NCBI GenBank assembly: GCA_003707115.1
Contig: PPNB01000041.1
Location: forward strand, 1 to 40,196
DNA length: 40,196 nt
Source: Tortispora ganteri
Taxonomy: Eukaryota
Reading direction: 5' to 3'
Positions 29,708 through 40,196 of this stretch are shown here, one piece after another; positions within the stretch are counted from its first letter, which is position 1, and the number at the start of each line of letters is the position of its first letter. The notes below the pieces were generated by a model, which did not search any database, was not told the DNA's origin, and worked only from the letters and a program-made list of their open reading frames with translations. The translations under genes were made by a program, and so were the position numbers.

Positions 29708-30123
29708 ACCGTGCAAATCTCTACGTCTTGGCATATTTACTAGTAAGAAATCACGATACATTAGATTGATTTATACTGCAATAGATTATTAATGGGATTA
29801 ATGTACTTAACTGGAAACCAATTGGTCACTTTGTAATCACAATTGGTCTCGTAGTTAACCTTTTTGGTTCGATCTACGAGCTCTAATTGCATAAACACAA
29901 GTAATATGTTTATAATGTAAATATTAGAACTCGAACAGAAAAAGAATTTATTCTACCAGTCTACAGGCTACAATGAAGATAACCAAATCCAGTGCAGTGC
30001 GAGAAGGGTATAATGGGTCATGCGCACTGCTACTATCGCTAATAGATCACCTTCATCAAAGAAAAAACAGATATTTCACGCATTTTCATCATGATGGATC
30101 ATTTATTGACATCAAAAAAGTCC

Positions 30124-30513
30124 TTATTTGGCTTCAATAACACCTCCTTTGCGCTCAATCAAAGCCTTGCGGTCAGCATCCATCTTAATTTTGGTGATAA
30201 CAACTTTAGAGGGATGTGTCAAGAGAGGAACACTGGCACCGTTGACCTTGTCTCTAGTGACTTTCTCTACTTGAATAGCGTATTTCAATCGATAAACGCT
30301 GTTAACTTTGCCTTCACGACCTTTGCTAGATCCGCGAACGATTGTAACTTCGTCATCCTTTCTGATAGGAAGAGATCGAATCTTGTATTTCTCTCTTAGT
30401 TCCTTGGAAACAGCTGCAGACATAATATTTCGTCGCTCTGATGAAGGGGCAGTAAAATGAGCCTTACGAGATTTGCTACGAGAGCTTGAAACGTCCTTAG
30501 AAACCTTAGCCAT
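30124..30513 (-). CDS. RPL26: 60S ribosomal protein L26 (uL24)
   Basis: [31 protein letters not shown] motif and HPSKVVITK. Confidence 0.97.
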   Translation of the reverse strand: MAKVSKDVSSSRSKSRKAHFTAPSSERRNIMSAAVSKELREKYKIRSLPIRKDDEVTIVRGSSKGREGKVNSVYRLKYAIQVEKVTRDKVNGASVPLLTHPSKVVITKIKMDADRKALIERKGGVIEAK

Positions 30514-30603
30514 GCTTTTTCTTCTAGAATCTCGTTATACAGAAACTGGTTGAAGTAATCCACATTCCTTGAGTCTTGTTGTATTGCTTTCCTCCCAGTA
30601 CCA

Positions 30604-30650
30604 CAGTCACGTAAACCCTATACGGTTGCTATTCCAACTTTCAAACCCTA
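30604..30650. promoter_or_regulatory. Ribosomal-protein promoter: Homol-D box plus two AAACCCTA (telo-box/Homol-E/Tbf1-like) motifs
   Basis: CAGTCACG at 30604-30611 and AAACCCTA at 30613-30620 and 30643-30650, about 90-140 bp upstream of the RPL26 ATG. Confidence 0.7.
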
Positions 30651-30954
30651 CTTACCGTCCCTCCCCTATCAGCAACTTTAGCTGTTTCTCGACTACTTCA
30701 CTTGCACCACAGGCTCGACTAGAATAAAGAAAACCGGTCAGTACCGAGAATGTCTTAAACACTTAACATAGAGGTTATATTTTAATGAGTTGAGTGATGT
30801 TGTGGCTAATCTCAGCGGTTGTTTTATAGGTTCAAAGAAACACACGCCAAAACTTTATTCCTTTGATTCAACTGCTTCAAAGAGATACCATGATGAGGCA
30901 CGCTGCAAAACAACTACTTAAGGCGGGTTTCTGAGATAATCGCCAATATGAGAA

Positions 30955-33186
30955 ATGTCAGACAGTTCCAACAGGGAGTTCTATTATGATATCGGAATCA
31001 AACTAGACGCTGTGCCCGATACTCCGCCTTCTTTGACGATAGCAGATGCAGATCGGCTTCTATCTTCAGCAACACCCTACCTATTCTCGGCCATTATAAT
31101 TACTGGAGCCTCTAATTCTTTGAGAGCATTAACTCAGGCACCACGAGAGTATACAGAGGGATGTGACCGGTCTCCTAATGCACGTGGCCCTGCCTGGGTC
31201 CCCCAAATCCTTGAATCAGTGCCGCCATTGACTGCCGGTCCTTCGGTGGCGAAGGTGCTTACAGCCGCTGCAAGACATTCTATACCTTATGGTGTTGATT
31301 TTTTATGCCAGGATTCGTGTCCAGAGAGTGCTTGGCACCTGTTTAGACTGAATTTGGACGAGGAACCAATGGTATACTACGGAGCTTCCGTCACAAGATG
31401 GACAGAGTCAAACAACGAGTTCACTCTCCAATATCTGAATCGATTTTATCCTTCCTCTTCTCAACGCACCTTGTGGGTACCATACACTTTGACGTTTTTA
31501 TCACGACACCAGATCTATACGTTCATGGTCGACTCTCTGTTGTTGCTTACGAGACCTCGCGTCGGGTTCAAACTGCCTGACTTTGCGTCCCCAGATATGC
31601 AGATTATTGAAAACTATAAGCTAGCAGATGGTGAATATAACTTACAACTCACTGTTAGCGGCGTTATGATAACTTCTTCGCTGCAAGAAGAGTGCGAATT
31701 GCACCATAGTCTTTTCTGGAGTATGTACACCTGTTTGGATACGATTAAGATCCTAGGCATGTTTGAGCATTTGGTTTGCAGTCACGGAAAGGTGGTCTTT
31801 ATCTCTAACTACATGTCTTTAATCTCTATTGCCTGCGAGTTTTTACGTCAATATACCCCGAACTGGAAAGGGTTTATGGACTACCCAGTTCCTGCCAGCT
31901 TGCTGAAGAAATATTTAAGTTATCCAGGTCCTGTCGTGCTGGGGGTACATAAAAGGTGCCAGAGCCTTTTGAAAGCAGATGATCCGTCACTACTGATAGT
32001 CGATCTGGACCACAATTATACTACACCGTTGAGTTTTTTGCATACCTCGAAAAAGAACTTCAAGCGACTACAATCTATGCCGTTGGCGAATGCCTTGCAG
32101 ATAATTTCACCGCCTGGTTTCTGCTGCCAAGTGCGATCTGATTGTAATATCCATATTTTCTCTGAGTTTGAGTATAATGGCGATGAGCTCTGTCTAATAC
32201 CCATTGCTCCTCCTGATTGGTGGACAGTGGACGTAATAGAATCTTTGTGGAAGTTTGTGAAGTCTCTGAAGGTTTCCAAGAAGCTGTGGGTGCAGGAGAA
32301 CTCGCTTATAACTGCTAGACATCGTAGAGATCAGCGGGTGAACCTCCGATTATCGTGGAATGAGTACATATACGGGATGCGGAGTCTCAGCTGCATTATT
32401 GATAATCAAAAGGAGCGCGAATTTGCGTACTTAAAGCGAATTGCGGATAATGCTGCTCAAATCAGACACCAGGGCTACGAGATAAAAGCATTGCAAGACA
32501 AGATATTCGAGCTATCGCAGGAACTACACAATCGCGACATTGCAGACGAAAGTCTTAAAGAAACAGTGAAAGACTTTGTTGCTGCTGTTTCAGAACCAGA
32601 ATTGGGTAGCGACTCAGTATCTGCAATTGCGTACAGTACTAGCCCACTGAGAACAAAAAGTGGGATATTCCAAACAGATATTGATATTCTTAAAACAAAG
32701 CTCAGAAATATAAAGCTTGGAATCCAGACAACTTCCGAAACGGCATCAGCGGTTATTTCGTCAATGCAGGCATTCAAATCGCGTATGGATTTGAATAGTA
32801 AAATTGCCACCGAAACATTGGATCACATTGTTACGAGTTTGAACGAAATAGACCTTGAGAATGATAAGAGAGATAATATTCTGCAGTCTGTTGAAAAACT
32901 GAAACAATTTCAGGACGAAGTTTGCTTATCGTCATCAACATTGATCATGGAACTCGATGAACAGTATTCTAGACTTGGTATTATTCTTATGGCAGCCTCG
33001 ATAACGTCATCAGATGCTTCTAGCATAAATGGTCAAGATCCCATAGAAGATGTCGAGATCGATGCCAAGATCGATGGTGAACAACTGATGAAAACCCTCG
33101 AAGACCGCACAATACATAATCTCGAGAGCTTAGAACATATATCAAATAAGAACGCGAAAGAAGGGAACGACTTTGAGAGCTTTTAA
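30955..33186 (+). CDS. Divergent DENN-domain protein with C-terminal coiled coil (putative Rab GEF)
   Basis: LWVPYTLTFLSRH, MYTCLD..ILGMFE..GKVVFIS..ISIACE, YPGPVVLGV and IVDLD follow the DENN pattern. Confidence 0.65.
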   Translation: MSDSSNREFYYDIGIKLDAVPDTPPSLTIADADRLLSSATPYLFSAIIITGASNSLRALTQAPREYTEGCDRSPNARGPAWVPQILESVPPLTAGPSVAKVLTAAARHSIPYGVDFLCQDSCPESAWHLFRLNLDEEPMVYYGASVTRWTESNNEFTLQYLNRFYPSSSQRTLWVPYTLTFLSRHQIYTFMVDSLLLLTRPRVGFKLPDFASPDMQIIENYKLADGEYNLQLTVSGVMITSSLQEECELHHSLFWSMYTCLDTIKILGMFEHLVCSHGKVVFISNYMSLISIACEFLRQYTPNWKGFMDYPVPASLLKKYLSYPGPVVLGVHKRCQSLLKADDPSLLIVDLDHNYTTPLSFLHTSKKNFKRLQSMPLANALQIISPPGFCCQVRSDCNIHIFSEFEYNGDELCLIPIAPPDWWTVDVIESLWKFVKSLKVSKKLWVQENSLITARHRRDQRVNLRLSWNEYIYGMRSLSCIIDNQKEREFAYLKRIADNAAQIRHQGYEIKALQDKIFELSQELHNRDIADESLKETVKDFVAAVSEPELGSDSVSAIAYSTSPLRTKSGIFQTDIDILKTKLRNIKLGIQTTSETASAVISSMQAFKSRMDLNSKIATETLDHIVTSLNEIDLENDKRDNILQSVEKLKQFQDEVCLSSSTLIMELDEQYSRLGIILMAASITSSDASSINGQDPIEDVEIDAKIDGEQLMKTLEDRTIHNLESLEHISNKNAKEGNDFESF

Positions 33187-33443
33187 ACGAGTGGTGCCTC
33201 TAGCCTGCAATATACCTGTTAGTATCGCGATTACTTCATGTACTACTAAGACTTTAAGATAATATATATCAAAAAAAAAAAAAAAAATACATAGGATGTA
33301 AAAGTACAAAACCAGCGATGCACTTAACTAAAAGATAACAAGAAATAATAAAAAAGAGAACAAGGAGTCATTATTTTGTTCATAACGAAAGTTATAATGT
33401 TCCTTGATCCAGAAAGAAATGCCCTTTACCTTAGTCAGTAAAT

Positions 33444-34724
33444 TTAGGGCTTAGGCCATTGTACATTGGCGGCTTCTTCTCCGGCATAGTTGCCAGGAGG
33501 AGAGTAGAAGCAGACGCAGTAAGAATTAGACAATTCAGGGCAGCTAGCCATACCGCAACCGAGCTCGGTGGTGCTCTTCCAGACGACCTGGGTGAAATGG
33601 CCAGTCTCAGGGGAAAGAGTGCCGGTGTATAGGGCAGCTTCGCTCATCCAGGCGCCTACAATAGCTTCAGCAGTGGTGTGTCCGAAAGCAAGGTTCTGGC
33701 CGTAAGCATTATAGGGAGCGCCAGTAGGATGTTCCCATCGGCAGCTGTCAGCCCAGGTTTGAGCATCGGCAGCAATAGCGCTGTTCCAGGTAAGAGCGTT
33801 AGCATCGTATTCAGCACGGGCAGAGTTATGCGCAGCGAGAAGGTTGGAGAGGACACCAACCCATTCGGTAGGAGTAGGAGCAGGAATAGGAACAGGTTCA
33901 ACGCCAGTAGTGATCTCGGGAGCACTGCCAGTAGAGTTTCCAGTTGCTGTGGGAAGAACTCCTCCAGAGGGAGTGGTTGTAACAGGAGCAGCAGTAACTC
34001 CAGCGGTAGAGATGGCAACATAAACATCAACACCGACAGAGATCTCGACATCGACGGAGAAAGCAAAAGCAGTGCCGGTAGGGACAACGGTGTAACCTCC
34101 TTCACAGACGTCGCATTCAGTTTTGGTGGCGGGGACAGTCTCGGCGCAGATCCAGTAGTCGCTATCAGGCTCGTAAACAGTGACTTGAGTGACGACACAA
34201 AGGTCATCGGTGGCAGTGGGAGTATAGCAGTAAGTAGAATTATCGACAACCCACTCGGTGTAGGTGGGGCAGGGGTAAGTAGCGGTGGACTTTGTGTAGT
34301 CGCACTTGTAAACCTCAGAAGGAGAGAGGATAGCGGTGGTTGTTCCGCAGTTATCGTCGATGACGCTGTAGATTGCGGCTGTTTCGGCATGGCAGTACTT
34401 GAAAGCAGTCAAGGTATCGGTGACGTAAACAGGAGCGCAAACCTCAGTGACGTGAACGGTCACGGGAGCAGCGGTGATAGTGCTTACGCAGGCAGTAGAT
34501 GACTTCTTGGTAGAAGGAGTGACAGTAGTAGGAGTGACAGTTACAGGAGTTGCAGTTTTGGTGATGGTGACAACATCGTACTCCTCGCAAGTGTGGCAGT
34601 CTGCAAGAGTCTTAGTGAGGGTCTTTACTTCGTACTCGCAAGTGTAGCACGGTTCAGCGTCGGCAGCAGGAGCAGCGGTAGCGTACGCAACGGCCGCAGA
34701 GAGCAATACAGTTGATGCTTTCAT
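33444..34724 (-). CDS. Secreted PRY/PR-1 (CAP superfamily) protein with Cys/Thr-rich N-terminal region
   Basis: Signal peptide MKASTVLLSAAVAYATA; CAP motifs HNSAR, LTWN, GQNLA, GHFTQVVWKST.LGCG and VCFYSPPGN. Confidence 0.9.
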   Translation of the reverse strand: MKASTVLLSAAVAYATAAPAADAEPCYTCEYEVKTLTKTLADCHTCEEYDVVTITKTATPVTVTPTTVTPSTKKSSTACVSTITAAPVTVHVTEVCAPVYVTDTLTAFKYCHAETAAIYSVIDDNCGTTTAILSPSEVYKCDYTKSTATYPCPTYTEWVVDNSTYCYTPTATDDLCVVTQVTVYEPDSDYWICAETVPATKTECDVCEGGYTVVPTGTAFAFSVDVEISVGVDVYVAISTAGVTAAPVTTTPSGGVLPTATGNSTGSAPEITTGVEPVPIPAPTPTEWVGVLSNLLAAHNSARAEYDANALTWNSAIAADAQTWADSCRWEHPTGAPYNAYGQNLAFGHTTAEAIVGAWMSEAALYTGTLSPETGHFTQVVWKSTTELGCGMASCPELSNSYCVCFYSPPGNYAGEEAANVQWPKP

Positions 34725-34912
34725 TGTGACTTAGTGAAATTTAGATTGGTAATTGGTATAACGAATGGCTGCGTTTTTAGGATATAAAACACAGAAAAAT
34801 TGATAAATAGAATCAACAATGAAACAAGATCTAAAGCTTCGATCGTTACGAATTAATAAGCAGAAAGATGAAGAAAAGAAGAAAAGAAGCGGGTCTAACT
34901 AAATCCAGCCAC

Positions 34913-34920
34913 CTTATATA
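34913..34920 (-). promoter_or_regulatory. TATA box candidate for the PRY-like gene
   Basis: Minus-strand TATATAAG (TATAWAWR) about 190 bp upstream of the ATG. Confidence 0.4.
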
Positions 34921-36600
34921 TCGATAAGCAAAATAACAACATTCCTAGGTGAAAAGGGGGGGTAAATTCAATATTTCGCGGTTCACATTCTTGAGTTTAT
35001 TAAGGTTAACATTTTTGGCAGGCAAGAACAGGAGATAAATGGGCCAAAAGTGTAAGCGTGGTCCACTTTAATAAAGATAAAGTTTCATCAGAGGATTTGT
35101 ATAGGTTTAAGGCCCTTCTCACAACGAGATAGAGCTGCCCATTATTACGTAAGGACGTGCCTTAAAAGCCACCAACAAAAGGATATGTCTGACGCTAGGT
35201 TAATACCAGTGATATAACAAGTTATATTATAATAGTAATTTAATAAAACTACTTATCATGTACACCTGGGATCTCAAAATAGCACACGTGAAGAGGCCCA
35301 GCCATTTGATTTGTTTACCAAGCCTAGCGAGATATTAAAGTTTTCGTGCCTAAGTTCACGCTTCTTATAGCCTATAGGCAACTAATACTAAAGAATGAGA
35401 AAACACTGTAATGGAAGTAGTTTCAGTGGTTAGAACACATACGTGAAACTATTATGACCTAAAAGTAATGGACAATCGTAGCGAAAACAAAGCTAAATCT
35501 ACTCTAATACCTTGGAGCCATTTCGAATAGACCAATAAGGTTGTTGGCGGCTATTTTTGATTTTCATTCTTGTCATTTCTTTATTATTGCTCGTGTGTTT
35601 CGTAAGCGGAAAAACAGAATGTACACGCAAATGTTAGAGAGCAATGACGTCGAAGGTCCCTGAAAGACTATTTTGAGTGGCAGTGTACCGATCGCTTCGT
35701 TCTATTGGCTATTCGATGGAATTGATGTATCAGTCAGTTTATGCGTCAACCAAAATAACAAATCGATCGATTAAACAATCCTTGAGCTTCTTAAATAGGA
35801 TGCCATCCGATCTGAAATCACTGTATAACTCGAAATATTTAATGACATTTTGTTTTAATACGCAATTTAAACAAATGGGCAAACACAAGGCGATTTTCAG
35901 ATGAATAATATTTTTGATTACTGGTGTCAGACCGAACAAAGGCAATAGGCTATTTTATCAGAAGACCGTTGATTTTCCTGCCGATTTCAGTAGGCTATTC
36001 CTAAGTAAGAATGCATATCTATAACGGGGTAAGGTAATAGGTTAGAGTTATACGCTAAATATATCGACAGGTTCTCTTATGGAAAAGCTATTTGTTAAGG
36101 TTCGCTATTTATATGCACTTTATCCAGCTAGGTTGATATAGCCCGTGGGCAGAAATAACAAATAGTAATATACATCTGGTTTAGCTTTTTAGGTTAATAA
36201 ATCAATAATTGTATTAAAACAAATGGTAATTCTAGACGGTGATACATTGTAAGATATTTCGACTTATAGACCACATCGCGAATTATTAACGTTATAGAAT
36301 TCTTAATTACACATGATTACTTTTGACTGAAAAATTAGCTTTAATTTCAGAAAGTAAGTAAGTCTGAATCTTTTTTTGAACTATATACAACTGGCCAATA
36401 GGAATTGTTGCTTTCAGTTATATCATCTCAGAAGGTAGTTCCTACATTCCAACGCTAATTTTATCAGTACTATTTACGGGTTAGTCTTCCGCAAAATCAT
36501 TCTAATCTTATATGGCGTTGTTTAATAATCGTCAATGTAGTTCGAATCAGTAAAGGAACCATCTATATGAGGTACGTTGGTATTTAATATATTTGTGATC

Positions 36601-37320
36601 GATCGCGAATTCGATCTGCTCTAAAAGGTTCTAGTTGAATAATGAATTTACCTTCGTAGCCCGGACAATGTTTATACCCAAGAAATTCAAAATACGACTT
36701 ATTCAGCAGATTTACACTAACTTACCCTGTGTGTTTTTCTCATTTTCCCTCCTTCGAAATTATTATGGGGATTGTTCTTAATTCTCTACGCTATTAGCTC
36801 CCACATTCTTCAGGTTCGCGTCTTTAAAGTTTGCAGAACCTGGCAACAATCTGCAAAATAGTGACTAAAACTCGCTCAGATTTTCAGCTATTATATAATC
36901 ACCCATTATATAATCTAATGGTCTTTTTCTCACACTATTACTTTTTAATCTTCTTATATATTATATGAATTGCATGTAAAAGCTGAGTCTGTAGCTAATA
37001 CTGCGTCGCTTGCCTTTATGCGATCGCTGACCAACATTCTTTAACGTTATTAACTCCTGTGCCTCCTCAAATGCCAATTCTTTTGCTCTTCGAATTGACT
37101 TTTCAACTTCTATTTGCTTTTGATTGACTCTTTTTGTGTTAAGCTTCAATACCGTTAACCGGCGCGTTAAGTAATAGCGCGTCAAACTCGTACACGCGCG
37201 TCTTTTTAATAAAAACCTTATAAGATCGTTCCTTTTGTGAAAACGTGACACAATGCCTCGCGATTCCCCGCATTCCGTATCATCTACGTAGACAGCGCTT
37301 AATTCTATTTTTTTTTTTTG
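36601..37320 (-). pseudogene. Possible decayed ORF with mostly TAR stops
   Basis: 240 codons in one frame, the first 119 stop-free (coiled-coil-like QKQIEVEKSIRRAKELAFEEAQEL), then 7 TAR + 1 TGA. Only 1 of 13 counted TGA triplets is in frame. No ATG start found. Confidence 0.3.
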
Positions 37321-37670
37321 GATTCTTCAATCCTCTAGAACAGGCTTTGTTCACTCTGATCTCTTTCTTCGCTTTGACGCCCTGGTGAAACGCTGTACTT
37401 CATGCACCCTTGTCTCCTCCCTCCATGCACACTGAATACCTGCACCCTGCTTCTTCCTCTGCCCAACCAGATCCCAGATCTTGCTTGACATAGCAACCAA
37501 CTTCGTCTCTAAATCACATTTTGACAGAGTATTGGCCGAGAAGTAAAACTATCACATAAAAAGGCAAGCAAGCCGGTCATAACTGTGCGATCTGACCGAC
37601 AATTATCAATAAAATATAGTCTACTTCACTCCACCACGAACGTCATCGCTTTCATCAGTCAAATACGCAA

Positions 37671-40124
37671 ATGCTGTGGCCTTTTAAGCAGGCAGATCAG
37701 GCCGAGCCTAAACCTTCTGTTTCCAGCTCAGCTACATTATCGCATTCTTCAACTGCGAAGTACACTGCTGCATTGAACAACAGTATAGATAGCGACCCGG
37801 CATCGTTCACGGTCACCAATCAGTCACCAAGCATATTCAAGGCTGAAGTGTATTCGCCGGATTCAAGCAATATATTCGATGATGATATCACTGCGCCAGG
37901 TTCATTACATCTCACCTCGGACGATATAATAAAATCGTTAATAGACAGATACGGCGCCATCACTCTAGTGCGCCAAATGTCCGCTGATATTGCACAAAGA
38001 GACGCTCAGATATCGATACTGCAGCGCAAAATGAATAAAAGAGAACAAGCCTTGCGTTCTCTGCTCACAGACTGTGGTATACCAAGAGTAGAAATTGATC
38101 GCGCTTTGCATAATGCTAGACCAGATGACCAGAAAGCTGCTATTGCCGACACTTTGAATGATCAGCTTATTGTCAACCATTACGACATTTCAAACAACCT
38201 TTCGGCGTCAGTCGATACTGTATTGTCTACTAAACTGCCTCCCGCGCTTCTTCCCTCACATCTAAATTTCTCTACATCAGTCACTAGTGGCAAACTGCCC
38301 TTCAATAAACGCGCTTCTCTTGGTACAAATTCTTCTTTATCCATCTCGGACATACTGGACTCCGCAGAACCCAGTTCAGGTCCCGATGCTCACAGGAGAT
38401 CTATTACTTTTAATCCTGCAGACTGGATAACGCAGTCTTTGTTGGAACATGTGCCTTCCAACGTTCAATCTGCAGTGAAAAATCCTGCCACAAGTGCGAT
38501 GCAGCTACTCGCGCCGCTCCCTATACAGAAACAATCTAAGCCTAATGCTGCCCGTGGCGCGGTTGAATTAAGCACTATAGTCGCCGAAGCAAACCAACCG
38601 CCAACTCTTCTCAGGCCGGACGCCCAATCTCCGCGTATAGAACGTGACGGTTGCATCACTGACAGGTTTGGCTTCATATATGACTGCCACCTACCAGAAC
38701 ACACTTCCTCGCCAAATTCTCGTACGCGGAGGTCATACACTGTGAGTGAACAAGAGCATGCTCCGCCGGCTCTTTTACGGAATGATCACAGCTCGGGATC
38801 ACTGCGCAGATCACTTTTGTCCTTTGCACAAAGTGCTTTTGTTCCTAATAACATATTACCATTGTCAGAGCCTACATTGCTTTCCGTACAGGTTACAGCA
38901 GCAGCGAATGAATCCAAATCTGAGAGAACAGTCTATGACAGGTCTCCGAGCATGTCACCTCGCAAAAGCAAGACCGCTGATGCACAAGCATTATCTCCAT
39001 CAAGAAGTCATAAAGATTCAAGTGGTCGCGCATCAGTCAAGCATCTGGTTTTGCAATTGCGGGACTTACACGATTCATTGCAGAAGATTCAAAAAGCGCG
39101 GTGGGATGAGTTTATTAACCGTGTAACCTCTAAGGACTTGAGCGGATATAAGATCACCGTGGCATTTGCTGCTGAAGACTCCACTTCTGCAGAAGATATG
39201 CAGGGCATTGATGTGGAACCAAGTTTTTCATTTGAGGCTTTAAGAGCCAGTGCAGCGAAGAATAAATTACGCTGGAAGGAATTTAGGTCATTAGTTCTAG
39301 GAGGAATTCCAATTATATATCGATCTAAAATATGGAGCGAATGCTCGGGGGCTAGCCGGTTACGAGTGCCAGGCTATTACTCGGAGCTATCTAACGAATA
39401 TTACGACGCAGACACGGACAAAACAAGAGATGCTATTATGCAGATTGACCTTGACATGCACAGAACGATGCCTAATAATGTGTTTTTTGGATCGAATGGT
39501 AAAGGCACGGTCAAACTACGAAGAATTTTAATTGCATATGCTCGAAAGAATCCAGATGTGAGCTACTGTCAGGGAATGAATATGATCGCAGGTATATTAT
39601 TGCTGGTTCATCCTACTGAAGAAGATGCTTTTTGGAATTTGAGCGCCATATTGGAGAACATTTTCCCTGAAAACTATTTTGCTACTCCTTTACTAGTTGC
39701 GCGCGCTGACCAGAGTGTTTTTCAAAACTATATCAATGAATTACTGCCACGAATAAGCAGAAAGTTTCGGATAATTGATGTTGATTCTGCGGCACTGACA
39801 CTTAATTGGTTCTTGTCTTGCTTTACGGATACTCTACCACCTGACGTTTTATTCCGAATATGGGATGTACTGCTTTGTGCTGCTGATGGAGATGTCTACC
39901 TCTTCCAGGTTGCACTTGCGCTACTGAAACTTCATGAAACCGCTATTCTTGAATGCGCTTCAGCTGCTGACGTTTACATGTTCATGAAAGATCTCAGATT
40001 TCAGTCGCTCTCTGCTGATACAATCATACGTATGGCAGATACATTTAGTGATAGCGTATCGAGAAAAGATGTTACTCAAAGGCGCAATATTGAGATAGCG
40101 AAACTTGAATCAGTGCATAACTAA
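37671..40124 (+). CDS. TBC-domain Rab GTPase-activating protein
   Basis: QIDLDMHRT (Arg finger), YCQGMN (Gln finger), EEDAFW, WFLSCFTD and RIWDVL; N-terminal coiled coil and DRFGF motif. Confidence 0.92.
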   Translation: MLWPFKQADQAEPKPSVSSSATLSHSSTAKYTAALNNSIDSDPASFTVTNQSPSIFKAEVYSPDSSNIFDDDITAPGSLHLTSDDIIKSLIDRYGAITLVRQMSADIAQRDAQISILQRKMNKREQALRSLLTDCGIPRVEIDRALHNARPDDQKAAIADTLNDQLIVNHYDISNNLSASVDTVLSTKLPPALLPSHLNFSTSVTSGKLPFNKRASLGTNSSLSISDILDSAEPSSGPDAHRRSITFNPADWITQSLLEHVPSNVQSAVKNPATSAMQLLAPLPIQKQSKPNAARGAVELSTIVAEANQPPTLLRPDAQSPRIERDGCITDRFGFIYDCHLPEHTSSPNSRTRRSYTVSEQEHAPPALLRNDHSSGSLRRSLLSFAQSAFVPNNILPLSEPTLLSVQVTAAANESKSERTVYDRSPSMSPRKSKTADAQALSPSRSHKDSSGRASVKHLVLQLRDLHDSLQKIQKARWDEFINRVTSKDLSGYKITVAFAAEDSTSAEDMQGIDVEPSFSFEALRASAAKNKLRWKEFRSLVLGGIPIIYRSKIWSECSGASRLRVPGYYSELSNEYYDADTDKTRDAIMQIDLDMHRTMPNNVFFGSNGKGTVKLRRILIAYARKNPDVSYCQGMNMIAGILLLVHPTEEDAFWNLSAILENIFPENYFATPLLVARADQSVFQNYINELLPRISRKFRIIDVDSAALTLNWFLSCFTDTLPPDVLFRIWDVLLCAADGDVYLFQVALALLKLHETAILECASAADVYMFMKDLRFQSLSADTIIRMADTFSDSVSRKDVTQRRNIEIAKLESVHN

Positions 40125-40196
40125 AGGTTGCTAAAGAACAATAACGGACATTATTTTTTTGTGCTTGACCCTTATTGATGATGACGAATTTATGAA

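Noticed and set aside
29866..29875. B-box-like GGTTCGATCT suggesting a tRNA gene
   Set aside because: No A-box or cloverleaf could be built around it.
30524..30655. 5'UTR intron in RPL26 (GTAAGT ... TTCTAG)
   Set aside because: No good branch point, and the putative intron would contain the Homol-D and telo-box promoter elements.
30890..30934. C/D-box snoRNA (ATGATGA ... CTGA)
   Set aside because: Only 45 nt from C box to D box, no convincing terminal stem, and no rRNA complement that I could recognise.
33656..34502. Long alternative-frame and antisense ORFs over the PRY gene
   Set aside because: Shadow ORFs arising from biased Thr/Val/Ala codon usage.
7858..34724. Functional clustering of lipid/peroxisome genes or ribosome-biogenesis genes
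   Set aside because: The genes are interspersed with unrelated housekeeping genes and these categories are common enough to co-occur by chance.
35941..36600. Continuation of the minus-strand relic frame, including an F-box-like ELPSEMI
   Set aside because: About 22 stops in 220 codons, no better than random; the motif resemblance is too short.
37403..37447. Two TGCACCC (Aft1-like) motifs upstream of the TBC gene
   Set aside because: Short motif in a C-rich leader, and the gene has no evident link to iron metabolism.
1231..40124. Genome-wide TAR=Gln reassignment or CUG=Ser code
   Set aside because: ARB1 ends at TAG exactly at the family C-terminus and GRS1 and RPL26 end at TAA; CTG encodes conserved Leu in CLA4 and GRS1.

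Overview
Eukaryotic, gene-dense and apparently intron-free fungal DNA, most likely a basal budding yeast (Saccharomycotina; lineage is inference). It uses the standard code: CTG falls on conserved Leu in the CLA4 DNVLL and GRS1 SGLLR motifs, and TAA/TAG terminate conserved genes such as ARB1 and GRS1. Nineteen housekeeping genes are recognisable: ARB1, ALB1, DCP1, CLA4, an LDAH-type hydrolase, POP2, WDR70-like, FAT1-like, YPP1, RIX1, GRS1, AcrB/Nnf2-like, a flavin reductase, a PH-domain protein, ANT1, RPL26, a DENN protein, a PRY/CAP protein and a TBC Rab-GAP. No tRNA, rRNA, CRISPR or intact mobile element was seen. The most unusual signal is at the left edge: a frameshift-free minus-strand frame of at least 281 codons, with an internal coding-type repeat, interrupted only by TAA/TAG codons that read well as Gln. 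Similar but weaker frames and a TpA excess occur in other large spacers, suggesting RIP-like CpA>TpA hypermutation or conditional TAR read-through. Also notable are a non-AUG (ACG) mitochondrial presequence on GRS1 and a Homol-D/telo-box RPL26 promoter.
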